Source: an uncultured bacterium
GTDB taxonomy: Bacteria > Patescibacteriota > Saccharimonadia > UBA4664
Reading direction: 5' to 3'
NCBI GenBank assembly: GCA_963720265.1
Contig: CAVRET010000002.1
Coordinates: 71,602 to 135,601 of the forward strand
Length of the DNA stretch: 64,000 bases
Shown here: piece after piece, positions 40,524 to 49,788 of the stretch
How the letters are laid out: each line of letters starts with the position of its first letter
Numbering within the stretch: the first letter of the stretch is position 1
Notes under the pieces: generated by a model
Seen by the model: the letters and a program-made list of their open reading frames with translations, nothing else
The model's database searches: none
What the model was told of the DNA's origin: nothing
Position numbers and translations under genes: made by a program

Positions 40524-40621
40524 TGACAGAAAATGCAACGCTCCCCAATTCCGCTTGTGCTTGCATGTCGGGGTCCAAGTACTAAAATTGTGGATTCGCT
40601 TGTGAATTGGTCAATAACACT

Positions 40622-41356
40622 ATGTCAGTTTCAGTATTCAGCCACCCAGCTGCGTCGTCGTCTTATCTTGCCCAGCCACACCCCCAGCGCCCGCTTTATC
40701 GCTGGCCTAATTTGCATGCCGTCATCGCAGAGGTTAGGCGGCGCCACCCGCTCATAATTTGGAGGACATCGTTAGCACTCTTGCTTTGGACCAGCGCCAA
40801 TGCCAGCATTAGCTACCTCCTTCATAAGCCGCTCTTACCATACGCGCAAACCATTGCCAGCGTCGCCTCAGCCCAACCGGCAGCCACGCCCACGACTACC
40901 AGCGCCAAAGCCCCTGCAGCCGCCACAGCGTCGTCTCCGGCCGTCAAATTGGCCACGGCCACCACGGTCGCTTCGCCCCCGGCTACGAACCTTAGCTCAG
41001 ATGCCATCGGCCAAATTCTTGCCCCCATTGCCATGGCTCCGGACTACACCTATCCCAACGACTACGACTGGGGCAATTGCACCTGGTATGTCGCCGGTCG
41101 TCGTCGCGTACCTAATAACTGGGGCAACGCTGACAACTGGTACTACGCCGCCAAAGCCGACGGCTGGAATACTGGCACGACCCCGGCCGTGGGCGCCATT
41201 GCCACCACCGAAGCCGGTCCCTACGGCCACGTCGCCCTTGTAGAGCGCATCTCAGCTGACTACACGCAAGTCTATGTCTCAGAGATGAATTACATCGGCA
41301 CCGGCGTTAAAAGCTACCGCTGGGTCGCTGCAAGCTCTTTCAGGTACATTTACTAA
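40622..41356 (+). CDS. CHAP-domain peptidoglycan hydrolase
   Basis: GNCTWYV, WGNA..W, YGHVA.VE, VSEMNY; Ala/Thr-rich linker. Confidence 0.92.
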   Translation: MSVSVFSHPAASSSYLAQPHPQRPLYRWPNLHAVIAEVRRRHPLIIWRTSLALLLWTSANASISYLLHKPLLPYAQTIASVASAQPAATPTTTSAKAPAAATASSPAVKLATATTVASPPATNLSSDAIGQILAPIAMAPDYTYPNDYDWGNCTWYVAGRRRVPNNWGNADNWYYAAKADGWNTGTTPAVGAIATTEAGPYGHVALVERISADYTQVYVSEMNYIGTGVKSYRWVAASSFRYIY

Positions 41357-41377
41357 CTCTTTGCTAAAATAACCTTC

Positions 41378-42754
41378 ATGAACCCCAAGCGCTGGCGCCC
41401 CGAACTCGCAGGACTCATAGCGGCTGCGTTTCTAACCCGTTTTTGGGATGTCTTTAGTCCGCATGCCACGGTCTTTGACGAAATCTACTTCAAGACTTTC
41501 CCGGCACACTACCTTGATCACCGCTATTTTTTTGATATTCACCCCCCGCTCGGCAAACTAATCCTGGCCGGCTTTGCCAAACTACTCGGCTACACACCTG
41601 CGCAAATGCTCGGCGGTACACCGGTGGGCATGCGGCTCTTGCCCGCGTTTGCCGGTGCCCTATTGGTACCACTCATGTGGGGTATCTTGCGTCGTTTTGG
41701 CGCCTCCCGGCCTTTTGCCTTCACGGCAGCGTTTCTCGTCCTTTGCGACAATGCCCTCCTGGTTGAGTCACGTTTCATCTTAATGGACTCAATGCTCCTC
41801 TTAGCCGGACTCGGTGCTCTCTATTTCTACCTCGTCACACGTAGCACAACCGGCCGGGGACGCTGGCTCTGGCTCGTCCTCACAGCCATGAGCGCAGGCA
41901 TTGCGGTAAGCATCAAGTGGACTGGCGCCAATGCTCTAGCAGTGATATTTCTGGTCTGGCTCTGGGATCAGCGGAGTCTCGGTGCAAGTTGGACCCGCCG
42001 AGCGGGAGAGCTCGCTCTCATCGTGCTCATACCAGCCGTTATTTATCTGTCTAGCTTTTGGGCCCACTTCGCACTTTTGCCACATTCCGGCGACGGCGAT
42101 GCTTTTATGAGCCCGGCCTTCCAAGCCACACTGGTCGGTAATCCGTATTACAACCCCCATGCCCACATGAGTTTCTGGCAAAAATTCATTGAGCTCAATA
42201 AGGAAATGTACGAAGCCAGCGCCACCCTCACGGCCACGCACCCGTATGGTTCGAAATGGTACACCTGGCCGCTCGAAATCCGCCCCGTCTACTATTGGGA
42301 AGGCAAGGTCCTGCCGAACGGCACCCAAGGCAACATCTATCTGCTCGGCAATCCCGTTATTTGGTGGGGCTTATGGGTTGCACTCATTTCCGGAGCCTTT
42401 TATGCCGTCACGAATCGGCACAAATTGCAGCCGCAAACCAGGTTCGCGCTTGTTGTTACCGCAGTAGCATACCTCATCAATCTCGTGCCCTTTATTGGTG
42501 TTACCCGGGTCATGTTCCTGTATCACTACCTGTTTGCGTTCCTCTATAGCATCATATTCGTGGTGATGCTCATCAACGATCTCGCAACCGATAAACACGG
42601 TCACACCCTAGTCCAACCGGCCGCTAGGCGCCGTCTCGCAGCGGTACTCATACTTGTTGCCCTTGGATTCATCTACTTCGCCCCTATAAGCTACGGAACT
42701 CCGTTATCGCCGGCCGGCCTGCAGGCCCGCATGTGGCTCCATTCCTGGCGCTAA
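41378..42754 (+). CDS. Protein O-mannosyltransferase (PMT/GT39-like)
   Basis: VFDEIYF, FDIHPPLGK, ESRFILMD, KW, HPYGS.W..WP, FLYHY. Confidence 0.9.
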   Translation: MNPKRWRPELAGLIAAAFLTRFWDVFSPHATVFDEIYFKTFPAHYLDHRYFFDIHPPLGKLILAGFAKLLGYTPAQMLGGTPVGMRLLPAFAGALLVPLMWGILRRFGASRPFAFTAAFLVLCDNALLVESRFILMDSMLLLAGLGALYFYLVTRSTTGRGRWLWLVLTAMSAGIAVSIKWTGANALAVIFLVWLWDQRSLGASWTRRAGELALIVLIPAVIYLSSFWAHFALLPHSGDGDAFMSPAFQATLVGNPYYNPHAHMSFWQKFIELNKEMYEASATLTATHPYGSKWYTWPLEIRPVYYWEGKVLPNGTQGNIYLLGNPVIWWGLWVALISGAFYAVTNRHKLQPQTRFALVVTAVAYLINLVPFIGVTRVMFLYHYLFAFLYSIIFVVMLINDLATDKHGHTLVQPAARRRLAAVLILVALGFIYFAPISYGTPLSPAGLQARMWLHSWR

Positions 42755-42812
42755 GAGTTGACAAACTATACTTGTTATGTTAATTTGCCTACACCCAAAC
42801 GAAAGGAACTAT

Positions 42813-42842
42813 ATGGGTATTAACCACGCAATCAAATTCTAG
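42813..42842 (+). promoter_or_regulatory. Putative leader peptide MGINHAIKF with downstream attenuator hairpin
   Basis: Promoter TTGACA-N17-TAATTT (42758-42786), GAAAGGA SD, 9-codon ORF, hairpin 42841-42894. Confidence 0.55.
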
Positions 42843-42930
42843 GTTCCTGGTAACAAGCTCCTAATCCACTTTAGAAGTTTATTACCGGGAACCTCATCGG
42901 GAGTTTCCCAGGCTAGGAAGGCATACGCCA

Positions 42931-43662
42931 ATGTCCTATGACCAATCAGCCAGACTCGGTGTCTACGACGCAATCTATACGCACATGAAGAGCTACCCAA
43001 ACGAGGCCGCCAGGCTCGTTGAGCTTATCGGCCAATATCTGCAGACGAACTCGAAGAGCATCCTCATGGTAGCCCCCGGCACCGGCCTGCACGAGTATAC
43101 CCTGCTTAAACTCGGCTACCCGAATATCACTGGGCTCGACCAAAGCCCTGCCATGCTCGAAGTAGCCCGCGGGCGTAACCCCGGTGTTACCTATCACCAG
43201 GGCAATATGCAGGACTTCAACCTGGGGCAGCAATACGCGGTTGTCGCCAACCTGTTCAGCGCCATCGGCCACATCGGACCAAACGAGCTACATAAAACCA
43301 TTCGGACGCACGCCCGGCACACGCTGCCCGGCGGGGTGATCATTATCGAGCCCTGGATAATGCCGCACATGTGGCAGCCCGACCACCTTACCTACAACGT
43401 CGTAAACGAACCCAGCCGACTCATCGTCCGCACATCAAGAAGTACGCTTCGCGACGGCAACATCACCGAGGTTGAGCTGAGCCATCTCGTGGTAACGCCT
43501 GAGCGAAGTGAGTACTTCGTCGAGCGCCACACACTCACCATGTTCACCGAGGAGGAATTTATGGCCGCTTTTCAGGCCGCCGGCCTCAAAGTCTGGTACC
43601 TTCCCGAGGGGCTAAGCGGTAATGGCCGAGGCATATTTATCGGCCGCCAACCCCTGCGCTGA
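42931..43662 (+). CDS. Class I SAM-dependent methyltransferase (TylM1/DesVI-like)
   Basis: YDAIY..K.Y..EA, VAPGTG, GLD.S..ML, G.M.DF, PGG..IIEPW, GRGIFIG. Confidence 0.85.
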   Translation: MSYDQSARLGVYDAIYTHMKSYPNEAARLVELIGQYLQTNSKSILMVAPGTGLHEYTLLKLGYPNITGLDQSPAMLEVARGRNPGVTYHQGNMQDFNLGQQYAVVANLFSAIGHIGPNELHKTIRTHARHTLPGGVIIIEPWIMPHMWQPDHLTYNVVNEPSRLIVRTSRSTLRDGNITEVELSHLVVTPERSEYFVERHTLTMFTEEEFMAAFQAAGLKVWYLPEGLSGNGRGIFIGRQPLR

Positions 43663-43741
43663 GGTTCTCGCACAACCCGGTACCCGCAGCTGGCAGGCTG
43701 CGGGTACCGGGGAGAGACACCCATGGTGTACCATAAGAAGC

Positions 43742-45319
43742 ATGGACGACGCCGATCGTGATGAAATTGAAGCCGCGGCCAAGGATTTTGCCGACCAGAT
43801 AGCACTACCCTATTTTGATACGCGGCCGGAAATCAACCTAAAACCGTTGGTTGGCAAGCTCACCCTAGCTGGTATGCAGGCCTACGGTATTGTGCCATTG
43901 GCCCTAAACGAAGACAAATTGACACTTGGTACGAGCGAGGTGACCGACCGCGGCCAGCTTGAATCCCTGCGCCAACGTTTGGCCGGCTATGATATTGAAT
44001 ACGTTTTTATCTCACAGTACGCTTGGAACCGGTTAATGAACCGCTACACTATCGCGCCCAACCAAGATGCTATCGACAGAGGCGACTTCAGTGCCCTGTC
44101 CAACCAACTCGCTAATATCGAACCCAAATTCATGTTTGAACCTTTGGCTCAACTGGCGTACCAGTTCGGCGCGTCCGACATCCACATTGAGCCCAGCGCC
44201 GACGACGCCCGCATCCGGCTCCGTATCGACGGTACACTGCACCCCATTGTTACCATACCCCATGACCGCTACGAGCTCTTCGCGTCCGACCTCCAGATGC
44301 GCGCCGGCGTCAAATGGGGCGGTGACGAACCGCAAGGCGGCCGTGTCAGTATGACGGTGATCAACAACGACGGCGACGAGCTACCGCTCAACATGCGGCT
44401 TGAGACCATACCCTCGCTGCATGGCGAAGACGTGGTGGTTCGTCTTTTCAACATCAGTGTCAAATATCTCAACCTCGATAATCTCCACCTCAGCGCCGAA
44501 CAGACCAAAACTCTGCTCCGCAGTGTCGCCCATCCACGCGGCCTCGTGCTATGTGTCGGTCCCACCGGCTCTGGTAAAACCTCTACTCTCTATTCGGTAA
44601 TGAACTATCTCAATAATCCTGAGGTTAAAATCGTTACGCTCGAAGACCCGGTTGAATACGAACTTTCCGGCATCAGCCAAGTTTCGGTCCACACCGACAA
44701 TCACGAGCTCTTCATGTCCGAGCTCCGAGCGGTTTTGCGCGAGGATCCCAATATCATTATGATCGGGGAGATTAGAGACGCTGATACGGCCAAGACAGCC
44801 CTCCAGGCCGCGCTCACCGGCCACCTCGTGCTTTCGACCTTCCACGCCGCCAATGCCTCTGCCGCCATCTCGCGCCTCATGGACATGATTGGTGAAAACC
44901 CACTCCTGGCCTCGTCAGTCAAACTCATTATGGCCCAGCGCCTTGTCCGCCGCCTGTGTCCGGTCTGCAAGAAGACCTACACGCCCAGCAAGGAAGAATT
45001 ACTACAAATCAAAACCGCGTTCGATAATCTGCCGGAAAGCCGGCGCCCGTCATTGGAACATATCAAGCTGGCTAAGCCGGTCGGCTGTGACGTCTGTCAC
45101 CACTTCGGCTACCAAGGCCGCATTAGCGTAGTTGAGCAACTCGAGATCACGCCCTCAATGCAAGATCTGATTGCGCACGGGACCGCTGCAACCACCGCTA
45201 CTGCCCTTGAGCAAGCCGCTATTAAAGAAGGCTTGGTCACGCTGCTGCAGGACGGCATTAGCAAGGCTTTGCAGCGCGAAACGACACTCGAAGAGGTCTA
45301 CTCACAAATCGGCGAGTAA
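43742..45319 (+). CDS. GspE/PilB family pilus-assembly ATPase
   Basis: ASDIHIEP, GPTGSGKTSTLY, TLEDPVEY, LREDPNIIMIGEIRD, TGHLVLSTFH, tetracysteine motif. Confidence 0.92.
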   Translation: MDDADRDEIEAAAKDFADQIALPYFDTRPEINLKPLVGKLTLAGMQAYGIVPLALNEDKLTLGTSEVTDRGQLESLRQRLAGYDIEYVFISQYAWNRLMNRYTIAPNQDAIDRGDFSALSNQLANIEPKFMFEPLAQLAYQFGASDIHIEPSADDARIRLRIDGTLHPIVTIPHDRYELFASDLQMRAGVKWGGDEPQGGRVSMTVINNDGDELPLNMRLETIPSLHGEDVVVRLFNISVKYLNLDNLHLSAEQTKTLLRSVAHPRGLVLCVGPTGSGKTSTLYSVMNYLNNPEVKIVTLEDPVEYELSGISQVSVHTDNHELFMSELRAVLREDPNIIMIGEIRDADTAKTALQAALTGHLVLSTFHAANASAAISRLMDMIGENPLLASSVKLIMAQRLVRRLCPVCKKTYTPSKEELLQIKTAFDNLPESRRPSLEHIKLAKPVGCDVCHHFGYQGRISVVEQLEITPSMQDLIAHGTAATTATALEQAAIKEGLVTLLQDGISKALQRETTLEEVYSQIGE

Positions 45320-46120
45320 TTGCTGGCCGCGCCACAAAGCTCCACGCAAGCCGGCTTCGTCACCTAATTTCGCCCGCACGAGCTTCGGTTCATGCTGCCA
45401 TACCTCCGGCCATGCAGCCAGATCATTACGCAGGCGCTCAAGATCAATATCTTTCATCATGCTGCCGCCAAACACCACAACCGTTGGCATCCAGTACAAC
45501 ATCATGTTGTACAAACCTCGCGCCAGATAGCCGGTTTCGGCCAGCCAAACAGCCCTCTCTTTGATAGTCGCCGGAGGCCGCCCAAAATGGTCTTCCATCG
45601 CACGGCCACTGGTCATTGCCTCCAGCGACGTTGGCCGGCCGGCAATATCACCCACCAGCTGACCGCCAAGTTCAAACCGCGCCACCGTCGGGTCAGGTTG
45701 GCCGTCCACCATGCGCACAAAATTCACGCCCGTGCTAACGGTCACATACACCATCACGCCACGCTGTATGCCGGCTCCCAGGTGCGCTTCGCCAATACCC
45801 GCCATTACCGCGTCATTCTCGACTCGCACTGGGCACGCAAATGCCTCCTCGAGCCGTCGTTTGACCGGCACACCCAGCCACGCTGTTAAGTTGGCTTCAA
45901 GCACCAAACGCCCCTCAGCACCCTCACGCTGGGCCCTCATGCCTCCCACCACGGCATCCAACTTGGCATCACCCACCACGGTTCGCATTTGGGCCACCAG
46001 CCGATCAAAACCATCACTGTGATGGTCGGTCGCGAGATGCACCACATTTCCGAGCTGATTACCATCGGCCAAGGCCAGACGGGTATTGGTGGCGCCGATA
46101 TCAAATAGGAGGACGCTCAT
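45302..46120 (-). CDS. ROK family sugar kinase
   Basis: DIGATNTR, ENDA...GE, YVTVSTG, FGGS, AGLRGA. Confidence 0.88.
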   Translation of the reverse strand: MSVLLFDIGATNTRLALADGNQLGNVVHLATDHHSDGFDRLVAQMRTVVGDAKLDAVVGGMRAQREGAEGRLVLEANLTAWLGVPVKRRLEEAFACPVRVENDAVMAGIGEAHLGAGIQRGVMVYVTVSTGVNFVRMVDGQPDPTVARFELGGQLVGDIAGRPTSLEAMTSGRAMEDHFGRPPATIKERAVWLAETGYLARGLYNMMLYWMPTVVVFGGSMMKDIDLERLRNDLAAWPEVWQHEPKLVRAKLGDEAGLRGALWRGQQLLADL

Positions 46121-46133
46121 CCTCGTATGCCGT

Positions 46134-47489
46134 TCACGTCGATCGCTTCACGTTGGGCAAATTAAGCTTCTCGCCAACCCGCTTCAGCGTCCGCCGGGGG
46201 TTTCGCACGAGCTGGCCGAGCGGCGACACGGTGACAGACGACGAGCGGTTAATGTGCGGCATTTCATCAATCCGCAGATAGCGCTGGCAAAACCGGTCAA
46301 ACACCGCGTTTGACCACCCAAAGCCCGGGTGCGTCGGGTAGACCCCCTCCATTGGCGGCTCATCCGGGTTCACCACGTTGTACTTTTCGAGAAACTCGCC
46401 CTTTTGCTCAAACCACACTAGGTTAGTTTCAAGCCACTTGCGCGCGATTCGTTCCGCCGCTACATGATAGTCGTACCGCTCCATAGCTTCGACTGCAATG
46501 AAGTGAAGCGGCGCCCACCCGTTCGGAAATGCCCATTGCACTGGAATTGGGCTTTCTATTTCCGGCTGATCGGCCGTTGTCACTAATCCGCCCTTATACT
46601 CGAATTTATCCAAATTCTGCATGATCCGCTCAGCGGTCTTGGCATCATCCATGCCGGCCCACATTGGAAAAAACGCCGCCAGCGACCACACTGGTCCGCG
46701 CTTGCCCGCCATATAGTCAAAATCGAAGTAACAACCCTTGTCCTCGTCCCAGAGATACTTCAGCATCATGTTTTTGCGCGCCAGAGCCCGTTTGGTCCAC
46801 TCAGCTGCCTCCTCGGTCTCGCCCAAAATCAAGGCCGCTTCAGCAAAGTCCCGCTCGTATTTGTACAGCAAAGCGTTCAAGTCAACAGGCAAAAACGACA
46901 ACGCTCGCCGGTCAAACCGGGTCGTCATATCCCAGCCACTCTCCGCTTCAGCCAGATCGTTCAGCACGTTAATGTCATACCACCGCGACAGTCCGTGGAA
47001 CACCTGCCGCCAATTCGGATGCGTCGTCCCCATCCATACCGTCCGGTACTCGTCTTTCGCAATTGTCATGGCCTGATCCAGCCAACGCTTGTTTCGCTCT
47101 ATCTGATAAACAAGCATGATGAAGCTGGTCAAAAACGGCGCCTGCGACCGCGACGTATGATACAGCCGGCCCGAATTAGGTATAATCCCAAACCGTTGCT
47201 GCAAGTCCAGCAGGTTCTCGACAATCCCTTTAATCAAATATTCGCGCTCAGTGCCCAGCAGACCCTGAGCTTGAAAGTAGCTGTCCCAGTAGTAGATTTC
47301 CTCAAACTGATGGCCTTTGCCGGTGTCAAAGCTCGGCACAAAGTACGGGTTCGGCAAACCTACTAACGTACCGTCGTCATGCGGCCGAAAGCGCTCTAGC
47401 TTCTTCCAGTAAGCATCAATGTACTCGAGTGCAGGCTTTAAGCGCTGCGGGCTAAACTGTGGTCCTAATTGTGAATTCTGTGTCGTCAT
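46134..47489 (-). CDS. Alpha,alpha-trehalase (GH37)
   Basis: FEEIYYWDSYF, IPN..R..SRSQAPF, AESGWD, PVDLNA, QW..PNGWAP, EKY.V, GFGWSN. Confidence 0.92.
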   Translation of the reverse strand: MTTQNSQLGPQFSPQRLKPALEYIDAYWKKLERFRPHDDGTLVGLPNPYFVPSFDTGKGHQFEEIYYWDSYFQAQGLLGTEREYLIKGIVENLLDLQQRFGIIPNSGRLYHTSRSQAPFLTSFIMLVYQIERNKRWLDQAMTIAKDEYRTVWMGTTHPNWRQVFHGLSRWYDINVLNDLAEAESGWDMTTRFDRRALSFLPVDLNALLYKYERDFAEAALILGETEEAAEWTKRALARKNMMLKYLWDEDKGCYFDFDYMAGKRGPVWSLAAFFPMWAGMDDAKTAERIMQNLDKFEYKGGLVTTADQPEIESPIPVQWAFPNGWAPLHFIAVEAMERYDYHVAAERIARKWLETNLVWFEQKGEFLEKYNVVNPDEPPMEGVYPTHPGFGWSNAVFDRFCQRYLRIDEMPHINRSSSVTVSPLGQLVRNPRRTLKRVGEKLNLPNVKRST

Positions 47490-47715
47490 TTGGCTTATTC
47501 GCGCGCCGGCAACCCGGCTAAGTGGTTATGCTGTCTTACTTAGAGGTTATCGTGCTCACTAATATCTGTAAAGCCGTGAGCCGTTACAGGCCATGGTTAT
47601 TCTTACAGACCGAAAACGTCCGACCCCGGCCATCTCTTGGCACTTTACCTACTGAAGTCCAATTTCCAGATGAGTATCGTGGAAAACGGTGTAGTAATAA
47701 CAAGGAGGAGTGTGT

Positions 47716-48570
47716 ATGAATCAACTGTTCGTCCGTCTGGCAGCCAGCGGGGTATTTGCGCTTGGGCTTGGAGCCACAGCCCTGGCCGACAGCAATGCCA
47801 GCATTGGCATGACCGGAGCAAACTCGACGAATACAATTACTAACCGCAGCACGAACTCGTGGATGTCCACGAACCTAAACCGGGCTGAGATTGGTAATTG
47901 GAACAACCAAAACGCCAAATCTGGCAACGTCTGGGTAACTCGCAACACCAACGTCGGCGGCGGAGTTGCGAGCGGCTGGGCCGGCAACGATAATAACACC
48001 GATAACCAAGTTTCGTTCGATAACAACGGCACCGGACCAGTATGGTTAGGCCCTAGCGGCGGCGACTCAGCCGTCATAACCAACACCGGAGCAAACTCAG
48101 ACAACCGTATCAACCAAAGCACCAATAACCGCTTCAGCCAAACCAACGTCAACGACGTCACGGCCACAAACAACAACGATCAGTCCGCCAGATCAGGCAA
48201 CGTTGACGTCGCCTATAATACCAATGTCGGCGGCCCGGTTACAAGCGGCAATGTGTCTAACCAAAATGCCACCACCAACTCGTTTGATATCACGAATCAA
48301 ACGCCGGATGTAAGTTTTGCGAGCAGTAATCCAAACATGTTCCAAATCTCAGACACCGGCTATGGCTCAAACAACCGTATCAACTCGAGTACCAACAACA
48401 GTTTCCGCAGCCTAAACGACAATCAGGTTACGATCGCAAACGACAACCAGCAAACTGCCCGCTCTGGCAATGTCAGCGTGATCGGCAATACCAACGTCAA
48501 TGGCCCGGTCTCAAGCGGAAACGTCAGCAACACTAACTCAACCCAAAACACGGTCAACATAAACAACTAA
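47716..48570 (+). CDS. Secreted Asn-rich protein with three ~78-aa imperfect repeats
   Basis: AAGGAGG SD, signal peptide ending ALA, repeats TG.NS.N.I...N...N.N...N.N.Q.A.SGNV....NTNV.G.V.SG...N.N. Confidence 0.85.
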   Translation: MNQLFVRLAASGVFALGLGATALADSNASIGMTGANSTNTITNRSTNSWMSTNLNRAEIGNWNNQNAKSGNVWVTRNTNVGGGVASGWAGNDNNTDNQVSFDNNGTGPVWLGPSGGDSAVITNTGANSDNRINQSTNNRFSQTNVNDVTATNNNDQSARSGNVDVAYNTNVGGPVTSGNVSNQNATTNSFDITNQTPDVSFASSNPNMFQISDTGYGSNNRINSSTNNSFRSLNDNQVTIANDNQQTARSGNVSVIGNTNVNGPVSSGNVSNTNSTQNTVNINN

Positions 48571-48598
48571 CTCTCTGGGTCTTTTGCCCCACACCCGG

Positions 48599-48634
48599 CA
48601 ACGATGAGCCTGTGACAACGAGGCTCATCGTTTG
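48599..48634. terminator. Bidirectional terminator
   Basis: AACGATGAGCCT...AGGCTCATCGTT between convergent genes. Confidence 0.7.
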
Positions 48635-49726
48635 TTATTGGTTCAAAATTGTCTGAGCCTTTTGCTGCATAGCGCTGAAATTCCCCCCAATCGGCAGCAA
48701 ATCACTTGAATCAGGCGCATCGGTCAACAAACCACCCGGAGCCGTTGAATACACGAACTGCACAGGATTGTTCTTCTGCGCCTGTTGCCAGCCCACAGCA
48801 AATTCCGCCAGCTGCACCGACCCCAGATCGGTCGTCACGTTATTGCGCACGGCTGAAGCGATTTTTTGCATGGTCATCGGGTTTAGCAGTACCTGTGGGG
48901 TCAAAATCTTGGCCCGCACCAAATTAAGTACCTCTTGCTGGCGGGCAGCCCGACCAAAATCATTACCACATGTCCCTTTGCGGCACCTTACATATTCAAG
49001 CGCCAGCGCTCCGTCCATGTGCTGCTCGCCCGGCTTAATGTCGAGACCGCAGACCTTATATTGGTTATTCGCGCATGGATACTCCGGATCTTCAAGCTCC
49101 TGCGTAACGTTCACATTAATCCCCCCGACGGCATCAACAATATCGCTCAGTCCGGTGAAGTCGGTCAGCACGTAGTAATTAATGGGGATCCCCAGCGTAT
49201 TGCTCACGGTTTGCTCCGCCAGAGCGGGTCCACCTTCAGCGTTGGCGGCATTAATCTTCGATACCCCATAGCCGGGCACATCCACCCGCAAATCGCGCGG
49301 GACGCTCAATTGCGCGGCCCGTTTCGTTTTTGTGTTCAAGCTCAGCACCATCATGGTATCGGATAGGTTCTGGCCGGCATGCCCGGGATCACCAACACCG
49401 AGTACTAAGATGTTAGTTCGGCCGCTATCGTCAGTACTCAATCCGCTAAAGCTAATGGGCTGCGTTGAAATTTTTGCAACGTATTGAGTCAAAAACGCTG
49501 CGTATCCAAGAAATGCGACCACAATCAGGAGCAACGACCACCGTAATACCCTAAACACCCGCTTCCGACGCGGCCGGTGCACCCGCGGTGGCCGTTGTGG
49601 CAGCCGCTCATCTTCACTCGGCTGAACACCCGCCGCCGTGCTTTCGAGATACTGCTCAGGAGTCGGCATATAGTGACTCGAACCTGCCACCTTATCATGA
49701 GCCACGCCGTCAAGCCGTTTTTTCAT
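48635..49726 (-). CDS. LCP (LytR-CpsA-Psr) family protein
   Basis: TM, NILVLG, SDTMM, SVPRDL, KINAA, ALEYVR.R..DFGR..RQQ. Confidence 0.93.
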   Translation of the reverse strand: MKKRLDGVAHDKVAGSSHYMPTPEQYLESTAAGVQPSEDERLPQRPPRVHRPRRKRVFRVLRWSLLLIVVAFLGYAAFLTQYVAKISTQPISFSGLSTDDSGRTNILVLGVGDPGHAGQNLSDTMMVLSLNTKTKRAAQLSVPRDLRVDVPGYGVSKINAANAEGGPALAEQTVSNTLGIPINYYVLTDFTGLSDIVDAVGGINVNVTQELEDPEYPCANNQYKVCGLDIKPGEQHMDGALALEYVRCRKGTCGNDFGRAARQQEVLNLVRAKILTPQVLLNPMTMQKIASAVRNNVTTDLGSVQLAEFAVGWQQAQKNNPVQFVYSTAPGGLLTDAPDSSDLLPIGGNFSAMQQKAQTILNQ

Positions 49727-49788
49727 CGTGAGAATAACCTTATTACCCGCATTATACCCCGATAAATCAAAATTCTGCCTTTGCTATA

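Noticed and set aside
43622-43741. N-terminal extension of the PilB-like ATPase
   Set aside because: Overlaps the methyltransferase and crosses a 15-bp hairpin (43676-43711); ATG 43742 preferred.
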